Shown piece by piece: positions 56,767 to 64,000 of a DNA stretch of 64,000 nucleotides. Origin of the DNA: Planctomycetota bacterium (GTDB taxonomy: Bacteria > Planctomycetota > Planctomycetia > Pirellulales > UBA1268); NCBI GenBank assembly GCA_046046235.1, contig JBJOKF010000155.1, positions 3,947-67,946 of the forward strand, given 5' to 3'. A program made the translations under genes and the position numbers. Each line of letters begins with the position of its first letter. Position 1 is the stretch's first letter. A model generated the notes under the pieces. It was not told the origin of the DNA, ran no database searches, and saw only the letters and a list, made by a program, of their open reading frames with translations.

Positions 56767-57210
56767 TCAGGTCGCTCTGCCGAGCATCCAGACCGCAAGG
56801 CAGGCTCGGGCTGTCCAGAGGATGGTGCGGAACCAGTTGGTCCGCACAAGTGCCGCCACTGTTTCGTGCGAGTGGCCTTCGCGGGCGAGTCGGGCATGCA
56901 GCGGCATCTGGACGGCCGCCGTCGACAGCCAGAGCGCCAGCACCATGGCGAGGCCGGCGACGGCGGGGAACACCCCGACGCCCGATGGCGGACGCACCGC
57001 CACGACGGCGGCCGTCAAGCCTTCGACGAGCATGGGCGGAATGACGACCGAGCCTGTTCGCCGCTGATTCTCGAGCGCGTATGCCGGAGCGTCCTCCGGT
57101 GAAGCGCGGTCGAAGAGAGGGTAGTGGACCAGTTGGACGAACCAGATGACGCCGCACATGATCCCGGACGCCATCGCCTGGGCTGCCAAGACGCCCTCTA
57201 CCAGAGTCAT
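56767..57210 (-). CDS. Small integral membrane protein, DUF1772/anthrone-oxygenase-like
   Basis: Four hydrophobic segments with FVQLVHYPLF and TNWFRTILWT patterns. The ATG overlaps the upstream gene's stop (ATGA 57207-57210). The family assignment is from memory only. Confidence 0.55.
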   Translation of the reverse strand: MTLVEGVLAAQAMASGIMCGVIWFVQLVHYPLFDRASPEDAPAYALENQRRTGSVVIPPMLVEGLTAAVVAVRPPSGVGVFPAVAGLAMVLALWLSTAAVQMPLHARLAREGHSHETVAALVRTNWFRTILWTARACLAVWMLGRAT

Positions 57211-57683
57211 CCTGCGGCCCTTCTCGGCATCGCCCCAGCCTGCGCAGAAGATGCCCTGGTCGGCGAGCGCTCGTGTGACTGCCAGGCCCGGATGAGAATC
57301 AGGCCGAAGGGCACCCACCAGATCAGATCGTTGGTGGGGAGCGTCACCCCGAAGGCCGGCGGCACGTCCCCCTGGATCACACCCATCGCATATCCCAGCG
57401 GGCCAAAGATCTTGCCGAGGAACCCCACCAGCACGATAGGCCAGTGTCGGATCGGGTCGGCGGCGGCGGCGAGGTAGCCGATGCCGTAGACTCCCACGAT
57501 CATCCCGACGCACTGCCAGATGAAGGGGTAGTTGGGCCGCTCCATGCCGGTGAGGTCGAAGAGCCAGTTGGGCACGAGCACCGTCAGCGCTCCCCACAGC
57601 AGGTTGTAGACGCCGGCCGCGACGAGGCACCACGCCATCCACCGCGGCCCGGCGAACGACGCTGCTGTCAAGGAATCCTTCAT
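57207..57683 (-). CDS. Hypothetical integral membrane protein (158 aa)
   Basis: ATG 57683; four predicted TM helices (WMAWCLVAAGVYNLLWGALTVLV, IWQCVGMIVGVYGIGYLAAA...). Translationally coupled to the downstream gene. Confidence 0.6.
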   Translation of the reverse strand: MKDSLTAASFAGPRWMAWCLVAAGVYNLLWGALTVLVPNWLFDLTGMERPNYPFIWQCVGMIVGVYGIGYLAAAADPIRHWPIVLVGFLGKIFGPLGYAMGVIQGDVPPAFGVTLPTNDLIWWVPFGLILIRAWQSHERSPTRASSAQAGAMPRRAAG

Positions 57684-57752
57684 GCCACAAGCGTAGTCCG
57701 ATCGCCAGCGTTGGACAGTGGCCGCAGAGCCTCGAGCTGTTGCTGCCTTCAC

Positions 57753-57826
57753 TACGCCCGGGTGGACTCGAACCACCGACCCTGGGATTAGAAATCCCAT
57801 GCTCTATCCGACTGAGCTACGGGCGC
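57753..57826 (-). tRNA. tRNA-Arg (anticodon UCU), 74 nt
   Basis: Reverse complement is GCGCCCG-TA-GCTCAGTCGGATAGAGC-A-TGGGA-TTTCTAA-TCCCA-GGGTC-GGTGG-TTCGAGT-CCACC-CGGGCGT-A. Cloverleaf checked by hand (G1-U72 wobble). Confidence 0.93.
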
Positions 57827-58053
57827 CCTCGAATCCCAGTATCGTCTCGACGCCGTTGGGCGGGAAGAGTCGAGGACGTCGAACGGGGGCGATTCGAGCG
57901 TCAGATCCCGGTCCGGCGATGCAGGCAGCCCCACCGTCGGGCAGCAAGAAGTGAATCAGGCCGGGAACAAGCTCCAGCAGGCCGCAGAATGCCGGAAACC
58001 AAGCGCTCGCGGGAGAGCCGCGGCAGAGATGGACCTGGTCGGCGGCAAAAAAC

Positions 58054-58278
58054 TCATTCGTGTTCACCCTCGATGCGGGCTTCGCCGTCGGGGCCGATGT
58101 CAACGTGCAGTGTCATGGGGTGGCAGCAGACCGGGCAGTCTTCGACGTATTCCTGATGCGGCCCGGCTGAGACGTCCACGGGGACCACGATCTCCTCGCC
58201 GCAGGAGTCGCAGATGTACGTCGCCTCGCTAAGGGAGGCTGGCTTTCTGCGGCGGTGTTTGGGGCGTTTCTTCGGCAT
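58054..58278 (-). CDS. CPXCG-motif cysteine-rich (zinc-ribbon-like) small protein
   Basis: YICDSCGEEIVVPVDVSAGPHQEYVEDCPVCCHPM matches the CPXCG family pattern (CxxCG ... CxVCC). Confidence 0.75.
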   Translation of the reverse strand: MPKKRPKHRRRKPASLSEATYICDSCGEEIVVPVDVSAGPHQEYVEDCPVCCHPMTLHVDIGPDGEARIEGEHE

Positions 58279-58316
58279 GGCAGGCGACGTGTGGCCAGTG
58301 GTCGCCGAACGCGTGG

Positions 58317-58349
58317 AAAAAAACCCCGCGGGCTGTGCCGCCCGCGGGG
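58317..58349 (-). terminator. Rho-independent terminator after the fasciclin gene
   Basis: On the minus strand: CCCCGCGGG-(cggcacag)-CCCGCGGGG followed by seven U (forward A-run 58317-58323, stems 58324-58332 and 58341-58349). Located 29 nt downstream of the stop at 58378. Confidence 0.8.
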
Positions 58350-58377
58350 TGCACGAAGCGTTCGATCCGCTCGCTGA

Positions 58378-58995
58378 TTACGGCAGGATGACCGCGTCGA
58401 TGACGTGGATGACGCCGTTCTTCGCTTTGATGTCGGTTTTCACGACATTCACGAGGCCGGTCGCCGTCCCCACCTTGACGCCGCCATCGGTCGAGATTTT
58501 GACGACCTTTCCACCGGCGGTCTTGGCTTCGGTCAACTTCACGACGTCTGCCGCGTAGACATTGCCGGGGACGACATGGAGCAGCAGGATCTCTTTCAGC
58601 TTTTCCTTGTTCTCCGGCTTGAGGAGATTTTCCACGGTTCCGGCGGGGAGTTTGGCGAACGCCTCATCGGTGGGCGCGAAGACCGTGAACGGACCATCGC
58701 CCTTCAAAGTCGCGACCAGTTCAGCCGCGCCCAGGGCTGCCGCCAGCGTCTTGAACGTCCCGGCGCCCACGGCCGTATCGACGATATCCTTGGGCGCGTC
58801 CGCAAAGGACACCGGCTGGATGACACGGCTCGAGATCACCCGCTCGTGAATCACGGCGGGCTGCACGACATGCACACGATGCCCGGACGATGTCGTCGCG
58901 TTCGAGCCTTTGCAGGGAGCCGCAGCAGCGCTCGAGCCCGCCAACGCCACCGCGCCAAGCCCGAGCATGCAAAAAGAGGAAACGAAAGACCGCAT
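58378..58995 (-). CDS. Secreted fasciclin (FAS1) domain protein
   Basis: Signal peptide [28 protein letters not shown]1 motifs [19 protein letters not shown] and [13 protein letters not shown]. Strong SD GGAGGTGA 4-5 nt upstream of the ATG. Confidence 0.9.
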   Translation of the reverse strand: MRSFVSSFCMLGLGAVALAGSSAAAAPCKGSNATTSSGHRVHVVQPAVIHERVISSRVIQPVSFADAPKDIVDTAVGAGTFKTLAAALGAAELVATLKGDGPFTVFAPTDEAFAKLPAGTVENLLKPENKEKLKEILLLHVVPGNVYAADVVKLTEAKTAGGKVVKISTDGGVKVGTATGLVNVVKTDIKAKNGVIHVIDAVILP

Positions 58996-59008
58996 AGATC
59001 ACCTCCAG

Positions 59009-59200
59009 CTAGGGGACGTTTTCTCGGCAACCGTGGCACTCTAGGCCCGGCGGCCATGAAGGCAAGTGAGTCGCAGCGGGAATAGCGCCCTCGCGACGGC
59101 GATCCGTCTCGTCGTCGTCTGCAGGCCCGGCCCAGCGTGTCAACCCCGCGAGCAGGCAGCAAATGGCGGCGACGATTCCAAAAGCCAGCCACTCGTTCAT
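59009..59200 (-). CDS. Possible small membrane protein (63 aa)
   Basis: MNEWLAFGIVAAICCLLAGL TM segment. The ATG overlaps the DUF5522 stop (ATGA 59197-59200), and the stop lies 13 nt before the fasciclin ATG. No homology evidence. Confidence 0.35.
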   Translation of the reverse strand: MNEWLAFGIVAAICCLLAGLTRWAGPADDDETDRRREGAIPAATHLPSWPPGLECHGCRENVP

Positions 59201-59373
59201 GACGAGACCTTCGTGTTGCCCTCGACATGCCGGGGGGCGTACGGGCAATGGCGACAGCCAGACCCACAGCAGTACCCACGTTTCAGATGGTACGCGGCCG
59301 TGTAGACGAGCAGGCCATTTTCGAAGTAGTAGTCGGGCTGCTTGGGATCGGGAGAAGAAGATTGAGGTTGCAT
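59197..59373 (-). CDS. DUF5522-like small cysteine-rich protein (58 aa)
   Basis: YYFENGLLVYTAAYHLKRGYCCGSGCRHCPY matches my recollection of the DUF5522 pattern. ATG 59373 lies within the longer track ORF. Confidence 0.65.
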   Translation of the reverse strand: MQPQSSSPDPKQPDYYFENGLLVYTAAYHLKRGYCCGSGCRHCPYAPRHVEGNTKVSS

Positions 59374-59492
59374 GGTCAGGCCGGCCCATTCCCAACGCGT
59401 GGCCGAGACAGTGTAACCGCGGCGAGCGTGCGGCGGACCGCGCTCATCAAGCGACAGCCACGGGGACTGCGTCTCGTGCCCTCGCCGCGCCC

Positions 59493-59912
59493 TCACTTCG
59501 CGTGGCTGTAGGAGTAGTTGCCCGCGATGACCCTCCGCGCCTCCACGGTGAGTTCCGGAAAGTGCCGGGCCAAGCCGTCCGACACCTGGCGATCAAACTC
59601 CGTATTGGGCAGCATCCAGTCGAGACGCAGAGTTCGGCTGACGCGGCCTCCGAAAAACTGCTCCTGCAATCTGATTCGCTCGATATCGGCGTCGGGCCCG
59701 AACTCCTCGCGAAGCCACGCGAGTCGCGTCGCCGTCGATCCCACGGGCATGTACCCGACCGGCTGCCCCGGTTCTCGCGGTCCGGCATGAAATGCCACGA
59801 TCGCGCGGCTCATATCTTCCGGAGTGAGGCCGCAGAACTTGTCAGCAGGGATGTCGTGCTGTCGCTCAAGATCGGCGACTGCTGGCGGGGGTGGGGATGC
59901 TTCGTCGTTCAT
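59493..59912 (-). CDS. Hypothetical protein (139 aa)
   Basis: ATG 59912, 47 nt downstream of the DUF1559 gene on the same strand. Balanced composition from MNDEAS onward; the upstream part of the track ORF is Arg-rich artefact. Confidence 0.5.
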   Translation of the reverse strand: MNDEASPPPPAVADLERQHDIPADKFCGLTPEDMSRAIVAFHAGPREPGQPVGYMPVGSTATRLAWLREEFGPDADIERIRLQEQFFGGRVSRTLRLDWMLPNTEFDRQVSDGLARHFPELTVEARRVIAGNYSYSHAK

Positions 59913-59959
59913 AGGTGCCGCCCGGCACGACGGACTCGCCTTGGCCGACGGGCGAGACG

Positions 59960-61063
59960 TCAGTCGACGTCGGTCGGCATGCCGTCCTGGCGGGACGCGA
60001 GCCGCGAGAGCATGGGCACGTTGCCCTGCGTCCCCTTCTTGACCCGGTCCATGTAGCTGCCGCCGGAACCGCCGTTGAAGGTGTTGCTGCCGGATGGATA
60101 GTCGGGGAAACCGGCGTCGATCGACTGGTCGATGAACCGCACGCTGCCGTCGCACAACGCGAATCCGACGACGCTCGCGTGCGAGCTATGCCAACCCATG
60201 GAGGCATGGCGCCGCTCGTTGTTGGAAAAGGTGGTGTTTGGCGTCTCGCCCCAGGCGCCCTCGTCCGCGGCATCGGCATTGAGGCGAATGCAACCCAAGC
60301 GTTCGACCAGTTTGGCCGCCTGGTTGCCCGTGCTGCCATTGTTGTTGGCCGCCAACGCGAACTGGGCCTGGGAGCGATCCCACGAGACTTCCCCGAGGAG
60401 GATCGTCTTGCTCGTGCCGTCGGCGATGTCGGCGAGGCTGCACGCATTGCCATGCCACATCAGGCCCATCTGCACCACCGCCCGCTCGCGGACCGGGTCG
60501 CCGCGTTCCGAGAAGGCCCCGAGGAAGTTGGCCTCGGCGTTCGTGTCCTTCCGTTCGGCGAAGCCGCCCGCGTTGCCGACGTAGCTCGAGACCGCGCCGC
60601 TCAATGTCGTGCTGCCCGGAAACAGCGTGGACCGCGGGGCCTTGAAATCCGAAGGGCAACGGAAAGTGTTGATCGGCGTCGCCACGGCGTTCCTGACCGC
60701 GGTCGAGTGGGAAGCGAGGGACGTGTTCGCGTTCAGGACCGGCCCGATGACGGCACCCAAGGCGCTCTCTTCGATGTAGTCGAGGATTCGGGCACCCCAA
60801 CTGAAAGGGCTGCTGTTGATGCTTGTTTGCAGGTTTGGCCGATATCCGTGCGCGGCGGGGAGCTTGCGAGTGGCTTTCTCGTAGCTCAGGAGCGCGAGGC
60901 TCAGCTGTCGCAGATTGTTGCCGCAGGTCGTCCTGCGGGCAGACTCGCGCGCCGCCTGGACGGCCGGAATGAGAAGGCCGACCAGCACTCCGATGATGGC
61001 GATGACCGCGAGCAGTTCCACGAGCGTGAAGCCGCGTGTGCGACGCTGTCGAAGCAAGTACAT
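59960..61063 (-). CDS. DUF1559 protein with prepilin-type N-terminal cleavage/methylation domain (planctomycete pseudopilin-like family)
   Basis: RGFTLVELLAVIAIIGVLVGLLIPAVQAARESARRTTCGNNLRQLSLAL N-terminus and C-terminal FALCDGSVRFI. Confidence 0.9.
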   Translation of the reverse strand: MYLLRQRRTRGFTLVELLAVIAIIGVLVGLLIPAVQAARESARRTTCGNNLRQLSLALLSYEKATRKLPAAHGYRPNLQTSINSSPFSWGARILDYIEESALGAVIGPVLNANTSLASHSTAVRNAVATPINTFRCPSDFKAPRSTLFPGSTTLSGAVSSYVGNAGGFAERKDTNAEANFLGAFSERGDPVRERAVVQMGLMWHGNACSLADIADGTSKTILLGEVSWDRSQAQFALAANNNGSTGNQAAKLVERLGCIRLNADAADEGAWGETPNTTFSNNERRHASMGWHSSHASVVGFALCDGSVRFIDQSIDAGFPDYPSGSNTFNGGSGGSYMDRVKKGTQGNVPMLSRLASRQDGMPTDVD

Positions 61064-61095
61064 GCCCCTCTCCTCGATGCCGGAAGCGATTGTGC

Positions 61096-62091
61096 TCAGA
61101 ATCCCGTGACCGTCAATCCGTCACTGCGGTGCATCAGCCGCTGATAGAGCCCCAGCGAGGAAAAGTTGGTGGTGCGGTCGGTATTGCTGTGCTCGATCGT
61201 CTGATTGAGAAACCGTACTGAGCCGTCGCCGAACACGAAGTTGGCACCGCCGCCGTGGACCGAGCCGAAGGCGTTGTTGTAGTACGAGTTGATCGGATAG
61301 CGGCCGTCCTTGGCAAACGCGCTGATCTGCCCGCGGTCGTCATAGCCGCCGTTGGCAGAGTTGGCGGCGTTCACGCTCACGACAGTGCCGTCGGTGTCGC
61401 GGCAGATGCCGAACCACATGCCGAGCGCCTCGCCGGATACCATCGCCTTCCCTGTTTCCGGGTTATTTTCCCCCGCGAGCACGGTCTTGGACAGGCCGTC
61501 GGTGACTTCCTTGATGCGGACGGGGGCGTAGTCCCTGCCCAGGAGGCCATGGAAGCCGGCGGTGGGCGCATACCACTTCCATGGCCCCAGGTTCCCTTGG
61601 TAGCTCGACGTGGGATTGCGGACGATGCGGTAGGGGTTTGCCGTGGCGTTGCCGAAGGCCGCCAGAAACGTGGGGTATCCCTGGGCGGATGGGCATCGGA
61701 TCGGCATGGCGCGTGCGCCGGCATCGCTGATCACGGCCGCATTGGCGCCATCCTGCCAGGCGCCGACCGGCTGGGTCATGTCCAACCGATTGAAAATATC
61801 CGAGCCCTCCATGAAGGGCAGGATATGCGTGCCCCAGGCGTATCCCTTGAGGTCCTGCCCGGGTGGGAAGCGGTTGTTCGCGTCGATGAACGTCTGGACG
61901 GCCAGGCCGATCTGCTTCAGCTGGTTGACGCATGTCGCCCGGCGTCCCGCCTCGATCGAAGACTGAACCGCAGGGAGCAGGAGGCCGACGAGCGTGCCGA
62001 TGATCGCAATCACGACGAGCAGTTCGACAAGGGTGAATGCCCCGCATCTGGCGGCCGCGGGCGGACTTCCCGGGTGATGGCGTCGTCGCAT
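61096..62091 (-). CDS. DUF1559 protein with prepilin-type N-terminal cleavage/methylation domain (paralog)
   Basis: [49 protein letters not shown] and C-terminal [11 protein letters not shown]. Start taken at ATG 62091 (the track ORF starts at 62145). Confidence 0.9.
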   Translation of the reverse strand: MRRRHHPGSPPAAARCGAFTLVELLVVIAIIGTLVGLLLPAVQSSIEAGRRATCVNQLKQIGLAVQTFIDANNRFPPGQDLKGYAWGTHILPFMEGSDIFNRLDMTQPVGAWQDGANAAVISDAGARAMPIRCPSAQGYPTFLAAFGNATANPYRIVRNPTSSYQGNLGPWKWYAPTAGFHGLLGRDYAPVRIKEVTDGLSKTVLAGENNPETGKAMVSGEALGMWFGICRDTDGTVVSVNAANSANGGYDDRGQISAFAKDGRYPINSYYNNAFGSVHGGGANFVFGDGSVRFLNQTIEHSNTDRTTNFSSLGLYQRLMHRSDGLTVTGF

Positions 62092-62258
62092 GTGCCACTC
62101 CAGCGAACGAGGGGATGAGAACCGCGAGGGCGAAGGCATAGGCACACAGCACCGCCCCCTGTGGAGGATTTAGCCGGTCGTCGAGAAAACCCACGCTCGG
62201 TTTCACTCGACTTTGGTGATGGATCGTGGAAATTCCCCGGATCGGGATAATTCCTTCC

Positions 62259-62792
62259 ATGGACGAACCTGGTCACACCCCTCCCTCCGCCGAATTTCTC
62301 GCAAAGGTGACGCGCGCCCAGCGGCCCCTCTACGGCTTCATAGTAACTCTTTCGGGGGGCGGTGGTGACGCCGACGACATCCTCCAGGAAACGAACCTGG
62401 TCCTCTGGAGGAAGGCCGGGGAATACGATCCCTCGCGCGATTTCATGCCATGGGCATTGCGGATCGCCCAGTTACAGACGATGGCCCATCTCAAAAAGAT
62501 GCGGCGGCGGCCCGTTTTCGACTCGGAGCTTCTCGAGCGGATCGCCGACGAGGCGGTGACCGATCGTGAGGAGGCGGACGTGCGCCGTCAGGCCCTGGCC
62601 ATATGCCTGCAGAAGCTTTCGGCGAAGCACCGGCAGCTCGTCGCTCGTCGTTACGAGCCGGGAGCCTCGGTCATCGCGATGGCGGCCGAGATCGGCTCCC
62701 AGCCGAAGGCGGTGTCCGAAATGCTCCGGCGCATTCGGCACGCGTTGCTCGAGTGCATCGAGCGGTCGATGGCCGCGGAGGCCGCGTCATGA
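62259..62792 (+). CDS. ECF-type RNA polymerase sigma-70 family factor
   Basis: Region 2 (DADDILQETNLVLWRKAGEYDPSRDFMPWALRIA) and region 4 (LSAKHRQLVARRYEPGASVIAMAAEIG). ATG 62259. The stop overlaps the anti-sigma start. Confidence 0.88.
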   Translation: MDEPGHTPPSAEFLAKVTRAQRPLYGFIVTLSGGGGDADDILQETNLVLWRKAGEYDPSRDFMPWALRIAQLQTMAHLKKMRRRPVFDSELLERIADEAVTDREEADVRRQALAICLQKLSAKHRQLVARRYEPGASVIAMAAEIGSQPKAVSEMLRRIRHALLECIERSMAAEAAS

Positions 62793-64000
62793 CCGATCCG
62801 ATTTCCGGAAAATCCCGTCCAATGGCCGAACCGTTCGCCTCGCCGGCACTGGAGCCTCTGCTCGATCGTTTCGTCGACGAGACGCTCTCGGCGGAGGACG
62901 AGCGGCGACTGGCGGCGCTGCTCTCGGGCGATGCCGCCGCCCGCAGGGCGTATCGGCGGTGGATGGAACTCCACGCAGCATTGCAGTGGGAGTACGCCCG
63001 TGCCGCGCTGCCGCTAGCCGAAGAAGCCGGCGCGGAGCCTAGTGCTGCCGGCGACCGGCTGCCGCCTCCGGCTGGGAGGGCTGCGTCTTGGCATCGCATC
63101 GTCATCGCATCGCTGCTGGTCGCGGTGTGCGCCGCGGTGGGGGCGCTGTTGCCGGCTCCGTGGGGCGGTGCGATGTTGCAGCGGGGCGGGCGGCCGACGG
63201 TCGAGGTGGTGGCGCTCTCGGGCTCCGCGTCATGGAGCGGGGGCGGTGAGGTGCTCTCGGGCCTCGCGGTCGGCGATGCTCTGAAGGATGGGGTCGTCAG
63301 CCTCGAAGGGGCCGCGGCCTTCATCCAGCTGCGATACAAGGACGGCACGCTCGTGACCGTCGTGGGCAACGCCATGCTGGAGTTCGGTGAGCGCCGGCAG
63401 AAACGGCTCGTCTTGCGGCATGGGGCTCTTTCGATCGACGCCCGCCCGCAGCCCCCCGGCAGGCCGATGGTGATTCGGACGCCGACCGCCGAAGTGGAGG
63501 TCGTGGGGACCGTCTTCTCGATATCGGCCGACGAGCAGGCGACGCAGCTTGGAGTGGAGGAAGGCAGCGTCCGCATGCGACGTCTGGCGGACGGGAAGGT
63601 GGTGGAGGTGCCACAGCGGCGGGTGGCGATCGCCTCGCTCGATGCCGCCGCCCCTCTCTCGGTCGGCAGTCCGGCGCTGATGCCGAGCTCTTTTCGGCAG
63701 CATTTTGAGGTGCCGCCCGTACTCAAATGGGAGGGGCAGTGGCTGCCAGCGGCCGATGGTCAGCCGGGACGGCTCCGGGCGGCACCGCGGATCGCCGGAC
63801 GCCGTCCGGACGCGACGCCGATCGTCCATCACGGCATCTCGCTGCACGCCCCGGACTCGGGGTTCGTTGCCTTCGGGCCCCACAGCGTCGTCACGATCCG
63901 TTGTCGGATGGTGATGCGGGAGACCCTGCGATTCATGCTCAGCATGCGCAGGCCCGAAGGAGGCTTTGCCGGCAACTTCGAGGCCAAGGTGCGGTTCGAC
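62789..64000 (+). CDS. FecR-like transmembrane anti-sigma factor, 3' end beyond the window
   Basis: My own translation from ATG 62789 (overlapping the sigma TGA) stays open to 64000. It has an N-terminal anti-sigma helix region (LLDRFVDETLSAEDERRLAALL), a TM segment (WHRIVIASLLVAVCAAVGALL) and a FecR-like segment (IRTPTAEVEVVGTVFSISADE). Absent from the ORF track because no stop falls in the window. Confidence 0.8.
   Translation, partial: MTDPISGKSRPMAEPFASPALEPLLDRFVDETLSAEDERRLAALLSGDAAARRAYRRWMELHAALQWEYARAALPLAEEAGAEPSAAGDRLPPPAGRAASWHRIVIASLLVAVCAAVGALLPAPWGGAMLQRGGRPTVEVVALSGSASWSGGGEVLSGLAVGDALKDGVVSLEGAAAFIQLRYKDGTLVTVVGNAMLEFGERRQKRLVLRHGALSIDARPQPPGRPMVIRTPTAEVEVVGTVFSISADEQATQLGVEEGSVRMRRLADGKVVEVPQRRVAIASLDAAAPLSVGSPALMPSSFRQHFEVPPVLKWEGQWLPAADGQPGRLRAAPRIAGRRPDATPIVHHGISLHAPDSGFVAFGPHSVVTIRCRMVMRETLRFMLSMRRPEGGFAGNFEAKVRFD

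Noticed and set aside
57804-58103. 99-aa minus-strand ORF with a hydrophobic stretch (WFPAFCGLLELVPGLIHFLLPDGGAACIAG), considered as a possible gene remnant beside tRNA-Arg
   Set aside because: It overlaps the CPXCG gene at its 5' end and runs into the tRNA-Arg gene at its 3' end. It has no credible start or SD. It is most likely a chance ORF in the tRNA upstream region.

Overview
Very GC-rich bacterial chromosomal segment (GC judged by eye, not computed). The gene content fits Planctomycetota best: tandem DUF1559/prepilin-type proteins, an ECF sigma plus FecR-like anti-sigma pair, and a giant TPR protein. Left ~11.5 kb: a respiratory complex I cluster in the non-canonical order nuoI-A-C-D-H-J-K-L-M-N, with no nuoB/E/F/G in the window. 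Several membrane subunits carry insertions, and a 4 x 14-nt CA-rich tandem repeat sits directly upstream of nuoA. Middle: tatD, a thioredoxin-fold protein, a csrA-fliW pair, an LptF/G-family permease, a comF-family gene, hemC and a NarL-type response regulator. It also holds a XerC/D-family recombinase broken by one in-frame TAG, a PIG-L deacetylase and an M32 carboxypeptidase. These are followed by a tightly coupled operon (acidic membrane protein, amidase, double-FHA protein). Next comes a six-gene Wsp-like chemosensory cluster (MCP, CheW, CheR-TPR, CheW, CheA-REC, CheB) with no WspR-type output gene, then lpxA and TPR proteins. Right: tRNA-Leu(UAG), an HTTM-domain protein, and a contiguous lpd-aceE-aceF-sucA-sucB-lpd 2-oxoacid dehydrogenase supercluster. 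Beyond it lie small membrane and Cys-rich proteins, tRNA-Arg(UCU), a fasciclin protein, two DUF1559 proteins and a divergent ECF sigma/anti-sigma pair (the anti-sigma runs off the window). I saw no rRNA, CRISPR array, transposase or recognisable defence system. I did not find a clear-cut novel multi-gene system. The best leads are the output-less Wsp-like cluster next to the acidic-protein/amidase/FHA operon, the rearranged and expanded nuo cluster with its repeat element, the recoded or broken xer gene, and a recurring CGACACGTT motif forming an 18-bp perfect inverted repeat. All calls come from reading the translations and sequence; no database search was run. Many long ORFs in the track are antisense artefacts of high GC and were rejected.
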